64,000 nt of DNA, taken from NCBI GenBank assembly GCA_002633005.1, contig NMRA01000479.1, forward strand, positions 255,690 through 319,689, in the 5' to 3' direction. Position 1 is the stretch's first letter. Each line of letters starts with the position of its first letter. Below are positions 23,778-38,700 of the stretch, one piece after another. Under the pieces are notes generated by a model. It saw only the letters and a list, made by a program, of their open reading frames with translations, did not search any database and was not told the DNA's origin. A program made the position numbers and the translations under genes. Origin of the DNA: Phoronis australis. Lineage: Eukaryota > Animalia > Phoronida.

Positions 23778-26700
23778 CTGCAAAAACAACATACAGTGAA
23801 ACAAACAACAAACAGTGACATAATCAACAACCAGGCCCGATCATGATTTAAAAAATGGCAAAATGGTGAGTTCAAAAGCATTGCTAAAATAAAGAAATAT
23901 GCTGAGACATTTAATTACAGTTACAAAAAAAGAAAACAAGTCCTGTTCCTTTTAATTATTTTTCTCACAATAAAAATGATTAGAATAATACGCTTGAGCT
24001 TTACAGAAAAATAAACTGACCGCTGACTTTAATTGTTACTTTTATTTCTTTATCCATGTAATCTGTTCTAAATGTTTACCAGTTTCGGAAACCTCAATGC
24101 AGAGTTTGACAATCTGGACCATAGCATGTGGCCATAACTTACTTGGTTCTGATGCACAGCTCAAGAGGAGGCACAAGGTCATCCTCAGTCGGTGGCTCAA
24201 AAAAACGGTTGGTTGTGTCTGAAAGCAGCACAAAGAATCGTTAAACATCGCAATTAGTATAGGTTTAAGATGAAACATGATGCTTGGACCTATTTTGTTG
24301 ATGTGGACCTTTCACTTTTGGCAAGATGCGCATCCACTGACAACGTGCCGATTGGCGAGTTCGGTACCTGCCAATTGTTGACCTGTTTAATCCCAAATTC
24401 CTCAATGAAAGGTTAATGTCAGTAGCAGACGACAGGACAAGAGTTTTGAAAAAACTGGAATAAATTCTTTAACGTCCTTTTCCCCATTTTTTAACAAAAA
24501 TTTTGTCGAATGCTTACTTGTAAAATTGTAATTTTGTTGAATGCTTACTTGTCAAATTGTAATTTTTTTGAATGCTTACTTGTCAAATTGTAATTTTGTT
24601 GAATGCTTACTTGTCAAATTGTAATTTTGTTGAATGCTTACTTGTCAAATAGTAATTTTGTTGAATGCTTACTTGTCAAAATGTAATTTTGTTGAATGCT
24701 TACTTGTCAAATTGTAATTTTGTTGAATGCTTACTTGTCAAATTGTAATTTTGTTGAATGCTTACTTGTCAAATTGTAATTTTGTTGAATGCTTACTTGT
24801 CAAATAGTAATTTTGTTGAATGCTTACTTGTCAAATAGTAATTTTGTTGAATGCTTACTTGTCAAATAGTAATTTTGTTGAATGCTTACTTGTCAAATTG
24901 TAATTTTGTTGAATGCTTACTTGTCAAATTGTAATTTTGCACTGCAACACTAGTCAGTCCCACTGTTTGTGCACAATATCCCCGCAGATGATCATTTTTC
25001 AATATGCGTCTTGTTTTTTATGGCAAGACAGCAAATTCTAAAGCCCTTCTTTTTGGGGCTGAGTACGCGCCGTATGTATGAGTCACCTGTCACTCACATA
25101 TGTTGGTGCCAATGTGACATGCACTCCAGCGATTCAAGTGTGGGAAGTTACGCACGCACCACTCCAAAGCCACATATCAAAAGAGAACTGCGACAAAACA
25201 TTCAAGTATTATATTTTGAAGTAAATCCATCACCCGAAAAAATAATTTGTTAATTGTTGTAATATATTTCACATTGCTTAACTACAGTCTTGCACTAATT
25301 GTTATCATCGATCTTTATCTCTAATAATTCGAACACTTGATTTTCATCTCTCATGGTTCGTATGGCCAGTTTTTCAGACACAAAGCTCTCAAGGGAAAAA
25401 TATTTTGTACTTTTTATGTGTATGAACTGTTAGAAAAAACACCAAGCCTATATATCACAAACATTCTAAAGTCTGGTCTGCACACCACCTGTTGGCCACA
25501 TCATGTGACCTAGTGAATATAAGTCTGACAAGATTTGTGCCCCAACCAGGACTCCAACCCGGGACCTTCTGCTATCCGTGCAGACACTCTCATCCACTGA
25601 GCCATCGCGACCACTGGTCGAACACAGAAATCCAATTGGACTAAGCAGTAGGCATCCCGCCCATAAACTCCCAAGTCTATATGAACAGATGGTGCATGGA
25701 CCAGACTTAAGAATATTTGCAATGTATATTTCCAAGCTGCTTCAAGATTTACATAATATTACACTTTTACCTATACTGAGTCGTATCACTTCGTCCTGTT
25801 TTCCAAGACCATCAAAGTAGTAAAGATCAAACCGCCTCTCTGCTCTCCAGTCAGTCATTAACTCTTTCTTGACTGAGAATAGCACACTAAAGTGACTCTC
25901 ACTACACACTACCCATATGGGGAATTTGGGCGTCTTGAGGTAAGTGCCAACCTGCGGGGAGAAAACAGAAACAAAAGATGTTGGATATGAAGAACGGTAA
26001 TGGTCAGTGCACAAATTCTGAGATCCAGTTTTCTCCACTGAATAATGGACATCAAACTGCTTCTCAAAATACGGGCACAAAATATGGGCACGTTATATCA
26101 GACTATTGCCTAATGAACACCTAGCTGTGAATGAGAGCAGAGTGGGCACGTTATATCAGACTATTGCCTAATGAACACCTAGCTGTGAATGAGAGCAGAG
26201 TGGGCACGTTATATCAGACTATTGCCTAATGAACATCCAGCTGTGAATGAGAAACACATGAGGTGTAATGAACACATGTCTGCCTCAATCAAACAGTAAA
26301 TATGCTGAGCACATACCTCCAATGGGTTTAGTGGAAAATGAAGATTTTTGATTGCTTTTTATGTCTAGCAAAAAATAAAAAATATCCAGAATAGCGAGAA
26401 CTGCATAAAAATATTATTGAAAGGAACAAAATTAACATTTTACAGACTAGTTCTTCATTTAATTTCCTCTGATTCACCAGTCTGTCATTCGAAATACAAG
26501 TGGTAACTCCTCGCAGCCTTACAAGTACATGTGCACTTTATAACGGGAAGCTCATTTGTCCTTGACCTAACTAACATTCCCTTGGCTTCATATACTACAC
26601 GATCTCATTATGAGTACATCTAGAGGAAGACTTAGATGAACAAATAATGATCACACAGCACGTTTCCATTACCTGACATGACTTGTAGTGCTCAAACAAT

Positions 26701-29700
26701 GACAGTAGTCCAACATCACTTCGACCTTGAACACCCTTGAGGATCATAGCGGGTCCTTGGCCTCCGGAGTCCAGCTCCATTTGGTCATTGAAAACATTGG
26801 ACGCTGCATGACCAGTGAGCAATAGATTGACCATATCCTACCATGAAAAACATGTGATGTTATTACACTGAGATTCGTGATGCACAGGTCCATTTAAATG
26901 AGAGCAAAGCCCGAGTTTAAGTAGACTTGCACGTCATGAATTGAGATATAATTAAGTCACATTTAACAACATGTAAGTTGTGCAACATATTTATAATGTA
27001 ATACACACACAATGGATGCATTTATCAAGTGAATGAACACAGACTGATGTTTTGGTGCAACTCAGTGGCAGGTAGACATTTCTATCTTCAAACAGGTCTC
27101 CAAACATGTATACAGGAATGAGAACAAAAATTTGAATATCAGATGTACAGCCTTTGAAATAACAGAATGCATGACAACCTAGGTGCACAATCAGCTATCT
27201 TGGCATTTCAAGATGTGCAATTTCTTGAAAATTAATAGACAGCAAACTTCGTGAATGGTCTCGGTGAAGGTATGTTTTTAAGTAAAATCAACTTACTCAG
27301 AGACCGGAGATTTAAGAGTTCGAACGTTTCGAACTGTAGACTACAGTTTGAAACGTTCAAACTCTTAAATCTCCCGTCTCTGAGTAAGTTGATTTTACTT
27401 ATAAACAAGAAACTTGTTGTCTTCCATTTTTCAACTTCAAAAGAATGTACTTCGTATTGTTGGATAGAATAGTTATTGCACTCAGTCGTATGATCATGTA
27501 TGTATGATAACACAGTTATTGCACTTAGTCGTATCATCACATGTGCATGATAACACAGTTATTGCACTCAGTCGTAATATTACATATGTATGATAACACA
27601 GTTATTGCACTCAGTCGTAATATTACATATGTATGATAACACAGTTATTGCACTCAGTCGCATCATTACACATGTACGATAACACAGATATTACATTGTC
27701 CTATCATCATGGATGTATGATAAGTATTGAAAACATCAAAACCATAACTATTATTACTAGTATTATAATTACGACCCAGAACATGCATTTAATACCAATA
27801 AGGTGTTTCTGTGACCATTTTTGAGAAGGAAACTGATGAAATATCTGACCTTTGTGTCATGTAAATACTGCAACATATCGTTTCCTTTCTATCAATGCCA
27901 CGACCAAAAAGTGATATCAGAGATCACCTGTACCTTGAAGAAATGAATTGTAACCAGTCAGATAAAAAACTACAACAATGTTGTGACTGCTTAAGGTTAT
28001 CTCAAACCTTATTTGGCAGTCTCCATTAGTTGTATATCAAAAAGACTTTGTCAACTACCGTATTCACCCTAATAACTGCCCAGGGCGCTTAGAAAAGTTA
28101 GTTTCAAGGGGGCGCTTATTAAAACCCAAGGCAATTGAAACCCGGTCTTCGAAACGGGTGAAATTGGAAGCTAAGACTCATCATATTTACGTTGTGACGT
28201 ATCTGAAACCTATGAGACTTTCTACAAAATCGTGGTGCATTGCTATCAAACCTTGTTGCTGAATTACGATCATTTTACAGAAAATTATGCTGAAATTCAA
28301 GGGCGAAAACTCGCCGACTGACTGCTTCGCAATCGTCGATATGGCGACTTGTGTAATATAATAAGGCTAGGCCCCCCATGTGCACGAAATTTCAGGGGAT
28401 ATGCTACCTCTGTAGTAGTTAAATCCAGGAATAGTGCTCTGATGTTGAAAACCCAGGAATAGCGGCAGTTATGCAATAATACAGGAATAGTGGCAGTTAT
28501 GCAAGAATTTTGAGTTATAGGGAGATGGACATATATGTACATGCAGAGTGGGTCCATTGCGTGGTCAGTAAGCTCGTTATATTTAGCTCGTCACAGAGAG
28601 ATGGACATATATGTCCATCGCGCGATGCCACTTAGTTTAGTATTTAAAGCACTGGCTCTCGAAACCAGGGCAGACTGGATCCACCATAGATCAAAACTTC
28701 AGACTACGGGGCACGACTCCAGAGCTGGAAGACAACTTCAGACTACTGAGACGAAGCCGGGGCCAGACGAGCAACTTCTGTGACCAAAGAGTCTAGGAGG
28801 AAGGACAACTGAGGTATAGACATTTAACACGGGCGTTGGTCTCAGCCTGTTAGTCAATTTGAACCGGCTAGTGATTGTTCTGGAGGGTTAGTTCTGTTGT
28901 GACTTGTTTTGTGTTGGCGTGTGCGATAGCTACGGGGAACCAGTGGCACTGTTGATTAGTAGTTTTTCCAGTAGGGATATCTTGTCTCAATCAGATAGTC
29001 CTCAGTCTCACAACTTATTGTAATCTATAATTTGTAAATTACAACGCTGCAAATTAATAGACATATTCTATTGTTAAAGTATTCGTGTGTTGTTTTACTT
29101 ATTACCACGTGCGCGCCATTTATCGGCCACAACACGCATTGATATACCACACTTGAATGCTTGAATAAAAATACAGTTTCGACTCAAGCAAATTACCTGA
29201 AATCCTCCTTAAGTTTTCCAAATAGAGTCCCTAAGATTTTTAAGTTCCCGTGGAGTCGGGATAAGGGCGGATTTAAGTACAAATATGTGCTACATCGTGT
29301 CATCTATGATCGGCAACACAAGAAAAATCCCTAGACAACACACGTTGTTGTCACGTGACGTTTGTTTTGAAGTTCGTCTGCGTTTGTGAGTAAGCGAGCG
29401 TGCGTGTCACCAGAGTTCATTTGCCAGAGTAGAGACCGTCTTTGGCCAGAGTAAACCCAATCTAACGAGCTAGATGTGCATTGTATCTAAAGAAATTAGC
29501 ACAAGCAGTAGGCCTAAACCAGAACGTGTTTCATTCAGCACTTGCCGGTCTCATGAGCTAAAAACATTAGATATTTGTCTCAGTATGACCCATCTCAGTC
29601 GCCGTGTGGATGGATGCGTACGTAACTATCTGACACTTATTTTTCGATGTAAGGGTGTGTAAGCATTCACTGTCAGTTGTCATTTTATCGGATATTCGGC

Positions 29701-32700
29701 TTAAAAACATCAATTATGGTTAATCAAACAATATATCTTAAAAATAATGCAAACATTTTTTATAGAATTAGAAACGGTCGGAAATTAGTGCCAATATTCA
29801 TTTCTTGCCGATGCTATGCAACCCGTTTCATGAATGGAAAGTTCCCGACAAATATCTTTGATGACAGGTTCATGTATGTAGCGCGCGCTTCCTGGCAACG
29901 TGCTTTTAACACTGGCCAAGTTTTTTATTAGTCTTCGATTCGCGGTTTTGACGTGTACAAAGAAATTTGGATTCCTGTTAAAAGCAAGAAATATTTACAA
30001 AACAATCCTGTAGACAAGTACACTACGTCTGGTCTGAAACGCCAGACCATTGGAACTCGCAAAACTTTTGCGTTCGTTTTGAGGCATGGCGGAAGTTTGA
30101 AGTGTATAGTCACAGCTAAATACCGACACACCAGCGAGGTTCGTGGTCTACAAATTCTGCGCACATGATTTTTTCAGGACTGTCGAATAGTATTGATAAA
30201 TTGAAGATGTTACTGTAGAATTTTAGGACTGTAGGTAAGGCATTTTTCGCACGTACACGTTCATGGACTGGGCGCTTATTTTAGCAACGTCTGAAAACGC
30301 ATGAGGGGTGCTCATAGGGGCATGGACAGTTATTAGAGTGAATACGGTAATAAAAGTATATACTTTCTAAAAGAAAAAGGTTAAGGGTAACAAAAAATGT
30401 TTAAATTTATGTGCCATTATTATTATTTATTATTAACACCATTAAATTTCATTTTTAAGGAAGGCACATTCATTCCAAAATAACCCCTCCTTCGACTTTT
30501 ATGAAATGGTTTTTAAATGAAAACTTCACCAAATACTTCAGTAACGCTGCTAGGAATTTTCGATTAGTCTTTTATTTTATTTTCTATGACAAATCAACTT
30601 GCAAACTTGTAAAAAATACCACTCCCATTCATTTTTGATACATTACACAAAAACTAAGCCATTATATTGAAAATCCTAAAATCGTTTTGATGAATAAATG
30701 TTAAGTTGGGGAAGTTTCAAGAACTCATGTTCCTAAGTTCAAGTTAAGTTGATCTGAAGCCGAGAAAAAGCCGATTAAGTTGTGAGAGGTGAAAGTCTCA
30801 AGATCTTAACTATTTAGTGAAAACTTGTTTTCGGGGTCAATATAACCAAAACATGCCTTACCATGTTCGCTATTTCAACATTGCTCGCAATGTCCACTGA
30901 ATTTGCAGTCTGTAAATAACTTAATTATTGCTAAAACGTTAATTTTGTGACTGTTTCCAGTCTGATGGGCAGGTCAACTGTTGACCTACTTAAAAATAGG
31001 TTATATACATCACGTGCCATGAGACTAAATGTGAAATTAAGTAAAAAATACTCAACACAAATTGAGTCTGCAATTAAAGTGCGTCATGAGCAAGAGATTG
31101 AAACAGCAAAATGCCAATGAAATTACCTATCAAGTTAATGAATTTGGGTGAGGATTTATCTCTTTTCACAAGTTGATGTGTTCATGAGCACAACGTCACA
31201 GAGACGTGTGGTGACTTGAGGCATTCGTTCTCAGCGGTCGTAAACATGCAGCTGCACAACTCTCTCAGGATCAAAACATTATTTTGTCTTCATTTCCCTG
31301 GTCTTCTTTCCTCCATATATACACCTCTTTGACTCAATATTATGACGACTCATTGAGTGAAAGGACTTAGGGTACAAACGGAACTGCTATGCCTTGCAAG
31401 ATTCGATTTGAGTGACCACCTTACTAGTTTGTAAACTTTGACCACGGATAAGTAGCAAAAAAATTTCCACGCAGATGTGAAGTTTAGTAAACAAATTTCC
31501 ACACAGCTGTGCAGTTCTGGTTCTACTCAATCTTTTTTTCTCGCTACACTGTATTTTGTATTTGAAGTTCTCAGAGGAGAATGAAAATAACTTAGGTATT
31601 TTGCTAGACATTTGTGAACTAATTGTAAAAACGGAATTTTTTAATAAGGTTTGCGATATCCTTATTATAATATACCCTAAACAAAATAATAAATAACAAT
31701 TTTGTTTACACATTTGGAAATGGCAAGCAAAAGATCCAAAACAATTGCAATTGATTTCTTCCAAGGCTTTTGAAATCAGTATTTCACAAATAAGAAAATC
31801 CTAATTAACAGGACACCTGTCTTACCTGAGTACAGTAGCCATGTGCACCCATTAACTGGCCAGTAGGCACATCCATGTCATTTCTTACTCTGAAAAACAA
31901 ACCCCACGAAAAGTGATTACTAACGTCTGAAGATTTATTTTGAAACTGTGTTAACACTTGAACTGAAATCTTTTAAAGCTGTATATCACGCCGTTATGCT
32001 GACAAGAAACGGAAATTCAATTAGGCCTCTTACTCTCATAAAATAAACCTCATAATATTCCTCACCATGATAAGATTTCATTTCCTACCAATTCAAGTCA
32101 CAACCAATGCATACACGCAACATTTTCCAATTCGCAATTTCAGGGATGGCCAACCCTAATGAACACTAAAACGCTGGTGGTTTTGATGTTCTTGCTGGTA
32201 GCAAAAAGAGAATTTTTTCATTCTAAAGAATGTTAGGAGACTGATATTATGAGAGTAAAAGGACAAATTTGATTTTTGTTTTTAGCAAATTAAACAAAGC
32301 ACAGTACTGCTTTAACTTCAATCATGCAGATGAAAACAGACCAAACACATGAGAAAGTCCACCAAAATTATCATGACGGACCTATTACTGGTGAAAATTC
32401 AAGCCAAAACACAATGAGATTTTTTAATTGAAGCGCAAGTTTCAGTTACCCCATTCCCTGCCAACACAATAGAGAGCCAGCTGGCTGGGCTGCCTCATTT
32501 AAAAAGGTATTATAAAATTCTCCAAATGAATTAGAACTACTTGTGACCTTCCCTTTGACTCGGATTTTCATATGGAGGACAATCAGAAACCTCCTACATG
32601 GTAGTTACAGTGGCTCAGAACTGCTTTTGTCAAAATGACACATCTCAATACATTAGGTTGGTTGAATTACAGTCTACTATTTTATATGAAATAAAATAAT

Positions 32701-35700
32701 ATAAAAGGTAAGCAATATGTCTGATCACACAGTTTTTATTTTAAAACATGCATACAGATACATATAATAGGCAAAAGGAAAAGTTTGTCTGAGAAAATAA
32801 ACATGGCTGTAGAATAGTCTATTTTACCAAAAATAATATCAAGAATCTAGTGACAAAGTGAGATCTGTTAGCAAATACACATCTATAAGTGCTGCATATC
32901 AAAATACATAATCAAATACCACAACTTCTATCTTACATGATATACAGAAGTTTAGGTTGTGAGCTTCCACATTAACAAAAACATAATAAACAAAATACTT
33001 GTTGGAGTTAGAAACAGACCTGTGACAATAGAAAAAAATATGCATACCTTTAATTTTGTTTTTGGCCAAAATACGAATACGAACTTTAAAATCAGCGCAT
33101 ATGTTAAACGACAACAACAACAAAATACAAAGACTTATTTATTGACATTTCAGTTTATTGTCTCTAAACCATTCTAACGACAATAGACACAAGTTCACAA
33201 TATTCTAAACAGAAGACACAGGTGGAGAACAGACTGTACAGGAACGCAAGAGACAATAAACCGAAATTTTTATCAATGTCATTGCTTACATATGCGCTGA
33301 TTTCAAAGCTCGTATTTAGCCTAGTATTTCGGTCACGGCAGAAATAATATAATTTTTCACCTCATACTTGGTTTCATATTACATGTTTTTTTGATATACA
33401 ACCTATCGCAATTGTTCTCTTGCTTTTGCCAACCAGACAAAACAATTGAAAAATAGGATAAAAAATTTGTTCATGGTGAAATGTAAAAGATGTCGACATT
33501 ACAAATATAATGCCATGGTTTTACATTAAATCCGACTCAGTCACCAAGAATTATTTTAATACTATGTGATACTTCATATCAATTACACCCCTTTTAATAT
33601 TATACAACACTTGTTTAAGTTGATATCAGTTACAAAGCAAACAGCAGCACCAAGTTATTGGCCTGCTCCACAACATTAGAAATGAACCTGAGGGTCACAC
33701 CAAAAAGGAATGAGCAAAGCATGATATATAAAAAATTAATTAGTCTTTTTTGCCGTCTTAATCGGTCTATATCCACATCGCCTCGAATACAGTCGACCTT
33801 ACCTTGCCAAGAGGTGTCGTGTTAACCTGTGAGGAAGGTGAGAAACGATGCTAGCGACGTCAGTGGTTCATCTGCAGAGTGAATGCCGCTATGTTGCGGT
33901 GCATCGTTCCCGCTTGTCCGAACTATGCAGCTGCGAGGAATGCGGGTATATCGTTTTTTTTCGACTTCCTCGAGAGTCCGAAATGCTTAGAAAGTGGCTC
34001 GTGGTAGTGAAGAATGAAAATTACACTGTAAATAGCAAGTATGAGGTCGTGAAACATCTCTGTGTCTGTGGCCAGCAGTCGTCGACAGTGCCTGAGGAAT
34101 GTTGGCTTACCAAATAACTATCCATACGTTCCGTTGTCTGAGTTTGTTCACGGCGCCTCTTCATCACTGTATTCCTGTTCGAATTGATAGCCTGTGAAAC
34201 TTAACGATCCACCTGTGAAGTCTTCGTCGGGTTCAACTGATGAGCTCTCGTCTAAGTCACATGGGATTGTCATTGCCATGTTGATGTTTGTTACTGAGCG
34301 TTCTGTTTCAAAATGAACTATTCTCACCCTAACCAATACTTATATAAAACTTAAACAGCGTCAGCCTCATTAGATGTAATTTGTAATGCCTTTGGAGTGT
34401 TCGTGAGTGCAAATGATTCGAGAAGCCAGCAGTGAATAAATCACTGCGTTACCGGCTTTAGGTGCAACAAAACTAATTGACGGGACACCGAGGCCGTGTA
34501 AGCTCATGCTAATTTAAGTGTTTGCTGGCAAAAACTGTTGTGAAACAACTCAGTCGATTTCCATCCCACAACCTGGTGTTAGGGGAGTCTTTAATTGTCA
34601 ATGTACAACTTCTGCCCTGACGGTGCTGTGGCCAACGCGGAACCTGAAGTCGCGGCCCCCCACGAGTAAGTAGATTTGCAGTTCTGTGGGTATTTCACCA
34701 ACATAATCACGTGCACATTACTTTGGCTCACTAGTATAGTATTTTCTTGACTGGAAGTTTAGTTTCCAACTTTCGCTGATTTATGTTCGTGATGCCTGAC
34801 CAATTTCCGAGCCACTGGCCGGCGGGATGATGAGTCAATCCGGCCGGCTGGCCGCTGCGACGGGCCTGATCGGGCTCCGAGCCACTGGCCGGCGGGATAA
34901 TGAGTCAATCCGGCCGGCTGGCTGCTGCGACGGGCCTGATCGGGCTCCGAGCCACTGGCCAGGATAACAAGCGTTTTTTGTGTTTAGAACTAAAAAAATC
35001 ACAAGTCTAAACAACACAGATCTAGGTTCACCTGTCTGTATCTCACGGAAAATATTTTGAATTTATCTCCAAACAGACCCCAAACTCCTGCTATGGACCA
35101 TATTGGCCTGCCGAACTTTGTAGGCTACAGTGTGTCCAAATACCAATAAATCTGCAACAGCGAAATAAAACAACACGTTTTTATAAGAACTCTATGCATT
35201 TTTAAGGGTTTTACATCAAAGTTTCATTATTTATTGGTGCTAAACGATGACTTCAAGCTATAAGCTGACACCAGTAACCCGTGTTGTGAACTGCTGAACA
35301 GACTGCGTGTGAAACCAATTAAGTCATTGGATAATTTCAACACCTCCGTCTGCCGTCAGGTGTCAGGTAACTCAACCGCACTTGGCGTTATGGAGTAGAA
35401 CTACTCGATCTAAATTGATACAAATTATGTTGTTTTTTGGGTGGCATGCTCCGTTAAGAACAAGGCAGAATCCCTATTCAAAACAATATCAACTGGCGCT
35501 AGATGTCTCACCTACACTTCAGTGAAAAATTTTAAAAAAATCTGCAGGTTCCTTTTTGAGATGTCATGACAACAATATTGTGTGATATGTAGACAGAACT
35601 CTGTGAATACTATGTCTACCACATCGTTCTGTGGGGGACAACAAAATCACACTAACGACATTGTGTGATGTACAGACACACTGTTTCGAGTTTGGACTTA

Positions 35701-38700
35701 AAACTGTAAATTAAAAAAATGAATGAAAAAATCACACAGCTTTCATTTGCAAAACGAGCAAATTTTAAATAACGATGTTCATATACCACTTCTCTATCAA
35801 ATTTTAAATAACGATGTTCATATACCACTTCTCTATCAAATTTTAAATAACGATGTTCATATACCACTTCTCTATCACACAGCTCAAAACTAGCTCCAAG
35901 CAAATAGCAAGGCACTGTCGCAACTGGCAGTGGTATATGACATGTGTTCATTTTGAGAAACATTTTTCTCCACTGAACAAACGGTATCAAACTGGTCCTC
36001 AAAATTTGGCATGTTAAGTAGGACTATTGCAAGGGATGCAGCAATTAAGGATATTTCCAACCTTATTCACAAAAATGGGCCATTTTTACAATATTTCACT
36101 TGTGTCTAGCAAAATACTTTATCTTCATTCTCGGGGAACTTCAAATACGAAATATATACTGCGTAGCGAGAAAAAAAAGATTTAGCAGAACCACCTTGGA
36201 ACCGCACAACCGCGTGGATATTTGTTTACCACTTATCCAAGGTCAAAGGTTAAAGGGCTTTCAAGTAAATTGAGTCTCCCGCCAGGTACAGAACAGCTTC
36301 GGTATACCCTCAGTCCTTTCATTCACAAATTCGCCATAACATTGAACCAACGAGGTGTGGTTATGATAGAATGGTGCCGGGGAAAACAAAGACAAAACGT
36401 AGTTTTGATCCTAAGGGAGTTGTGCGTCTACATGCATACGACCGTTGACGTTGAAAACGAATGCTACGAGTTGCCTCAGGCCTCAGTCTGGTCATGAACA
36501 CAGAAAGTTGTGAAAAGAGATAAATCCTCCCCCTTATTCCTTAATTCAATTATTAAGTTAACATTTCGATGTTTCGATTTCATGTTAACGACTTACTTTA
36601 ACCACCAATTCAATTTTTGTTATCCATTTCTTACTTGGTTTGGTATCAGTCTCCCAGCACGTGACGTGTACAGGCTATGAACTGTGACCTACTTAGAAAG
36701 TAGGTCGTACAAAATGGCAGAAGTTGGCTGCGAAAGATAGGTCTATTTGAGGTTTTAATGATATTTAAGTTAGTTACGCACTGCAAAATTAGTTAACATT
36801 GCAAGAAAACATTGAAATTGGTGACATAGTTAAGGATTCTATAGGTTATGTATACCGAAAACAAGTTTTCACAGAATAATTAACCAAAGACTTAGAGATT
36901 TTCACGTGTCCCAGTTTAATCGGCTTTTTCTCGGCTTCGGCAAATCGACTTTATTTGAACTTAGGAACACGAGTTCTCGAAAATGGCTCGATGGATTTCG
37001 CTGAAACTTTCCAAACTTAATATTTAGTCACCAATCTCAAAAACGCTGTTTTTGATATAGAAGCTTAGTTTTTGTGTAATGTGGCAAAAACGAATACGAC
37101 TTCAATTTTTTACAAAAATACCTTACGTTTTGCGAGTTTATTTGTCATAGAAACCAAACGAACAAACTAATCAAAAATTCCTAACAGCGTTTTTGAGGTA
37201 ATTGATGAAGCTTTCATTTAAAAAAGGTTTCGTTAAAATCGACCGAGGGGTTATTTTGCTATGAATGTACCTTTCTTAAAAATGGAATTTTTACTTAAAA
37301 AAGGTTTTTACGTGAAAATAATGACAAATAAATACAAAAAGTATATTTATATTTCCTGGTCTTTGTTCTTTCAGAAAATATATACTTTTACTAGTTGACA
37401 AAGCTTAGTTTTTTTGATATACGAGTTAGAACAGAGGCCACTAAATAAGGTTTGAAATAACCTTAAGCCAATATGAAGTGATGTTTGTATCTGGCATTAT
37501 GTCCTCGCATTGTATCCCTGTTAAGTCTTCTTAAGTTACTTCTCGCATAAAAACATTATTCACGTAATTTATAATCCTTGTTTTTTTCCATCTCGTGTTA
37601 AGAGGTTCACTGCGTCACCATCAACCAATGTTTTCCAGTGGGAGGACACTCTTGCTTTGGCACCTCTGCGTTGCTTCCCTTTGACAACTGCACTGACTGA
37701 AAAAAGGCATACATGTTAGAACGCATAACAAATACCAGACTTGCTAGTGTGTAAGGCATACATGTTAGAATGCATAACATATACCAGACTTGCTAGTGTG
37801 TAAGGCATACATGTTAGAATGCATAACATATACCAGACTTGCTAGTGTGTAAGGCATACATGTTAGAATGCATAACATATACCAGACTTGCTAGTGTGTA
37901 AGGCATACATGTTAGAATGCATAACAAATACCAGACTTGCTGGTGTGTAATGCATGGTGAAAACATTTTTCACTTTTCCAAATATGAAACATGAAGTCTA
38001 CAGATTCAGGAAAAATATAAATTAAAGCAAATAAGAGTGTAAAATTGACATGTCATTTCTACCAGCACGTATCAATCCTTTTTGATGGCGAACTTGGTTT
38101 GCCAAGCTGCATTTGGCGAGGTGGTGTTATGCTAAGCATCGAGCCCTTTGAGTTCAGTGAGGGAATTTTTAAAGAAAATGGAATCTGAGTAGAAGCTGCT
38201 AGTAAGAAGTGAATTTTAATCGAAGCCTTAGTGAATCACTCAGAAACTCATCATTCTCTCTTTGTCAAACCTTATTTTAAGACAATTTCCAAAGCAATCG
38301 CGTCATTATTGCCAACACAAAAAAAAACGGATTTGGTCTTTTGAGCAACTTTAGACTATTTTAAATACAACAAATTTGTTACAAACTAATTGCATAAAAT
38401 AGAAAAAGTGCAATAAGCATAACAAAAAGAAGTAGGTTTCGCGCGCAAACGCTGTGGACCATAAACAAGTACGTCTCTTACTATCAAACTGCGAGTGAAG
38501 TCGTGGTGGTGCAGTGGTAAAGAATGTGTGCTTTATCTGCAAGGTAGTGAGTTCAAGGCTGTGGTAATTGCAGTGTTTCATGTTTGACACATTCTCCGTT
38601 TTTGTTTTTTCTCTTTCTTTGCCTTTTTTTCTTGGATAATACTTCAGGAATCAAGGAAAATGCTTGATTTTTAGAGGAAAAAACAGAAAAATCTTCCTGG

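Larger units (their letters stand above)
27995..31661 (-). mobile_element. TTAA-targeting Kolobok-type non-autonomous element (host of nested insertions)
   Basis: TTAA|GGTTATCTCAAACCTTATT ... AATAAGGTTTGCGATATCC|TTAT; same family as 36049-37462 and 51715-53154. Confidence 0.8.

Noticed and set aside
24497-24940. 31-bp repeat of CRISPR-like length
   Set aside because: Contiguous minisatellite without spacers
25538-25612. Functional tRNA gene
   Set aside because: Mismatched acceptor stem, no U33, altered T-loop
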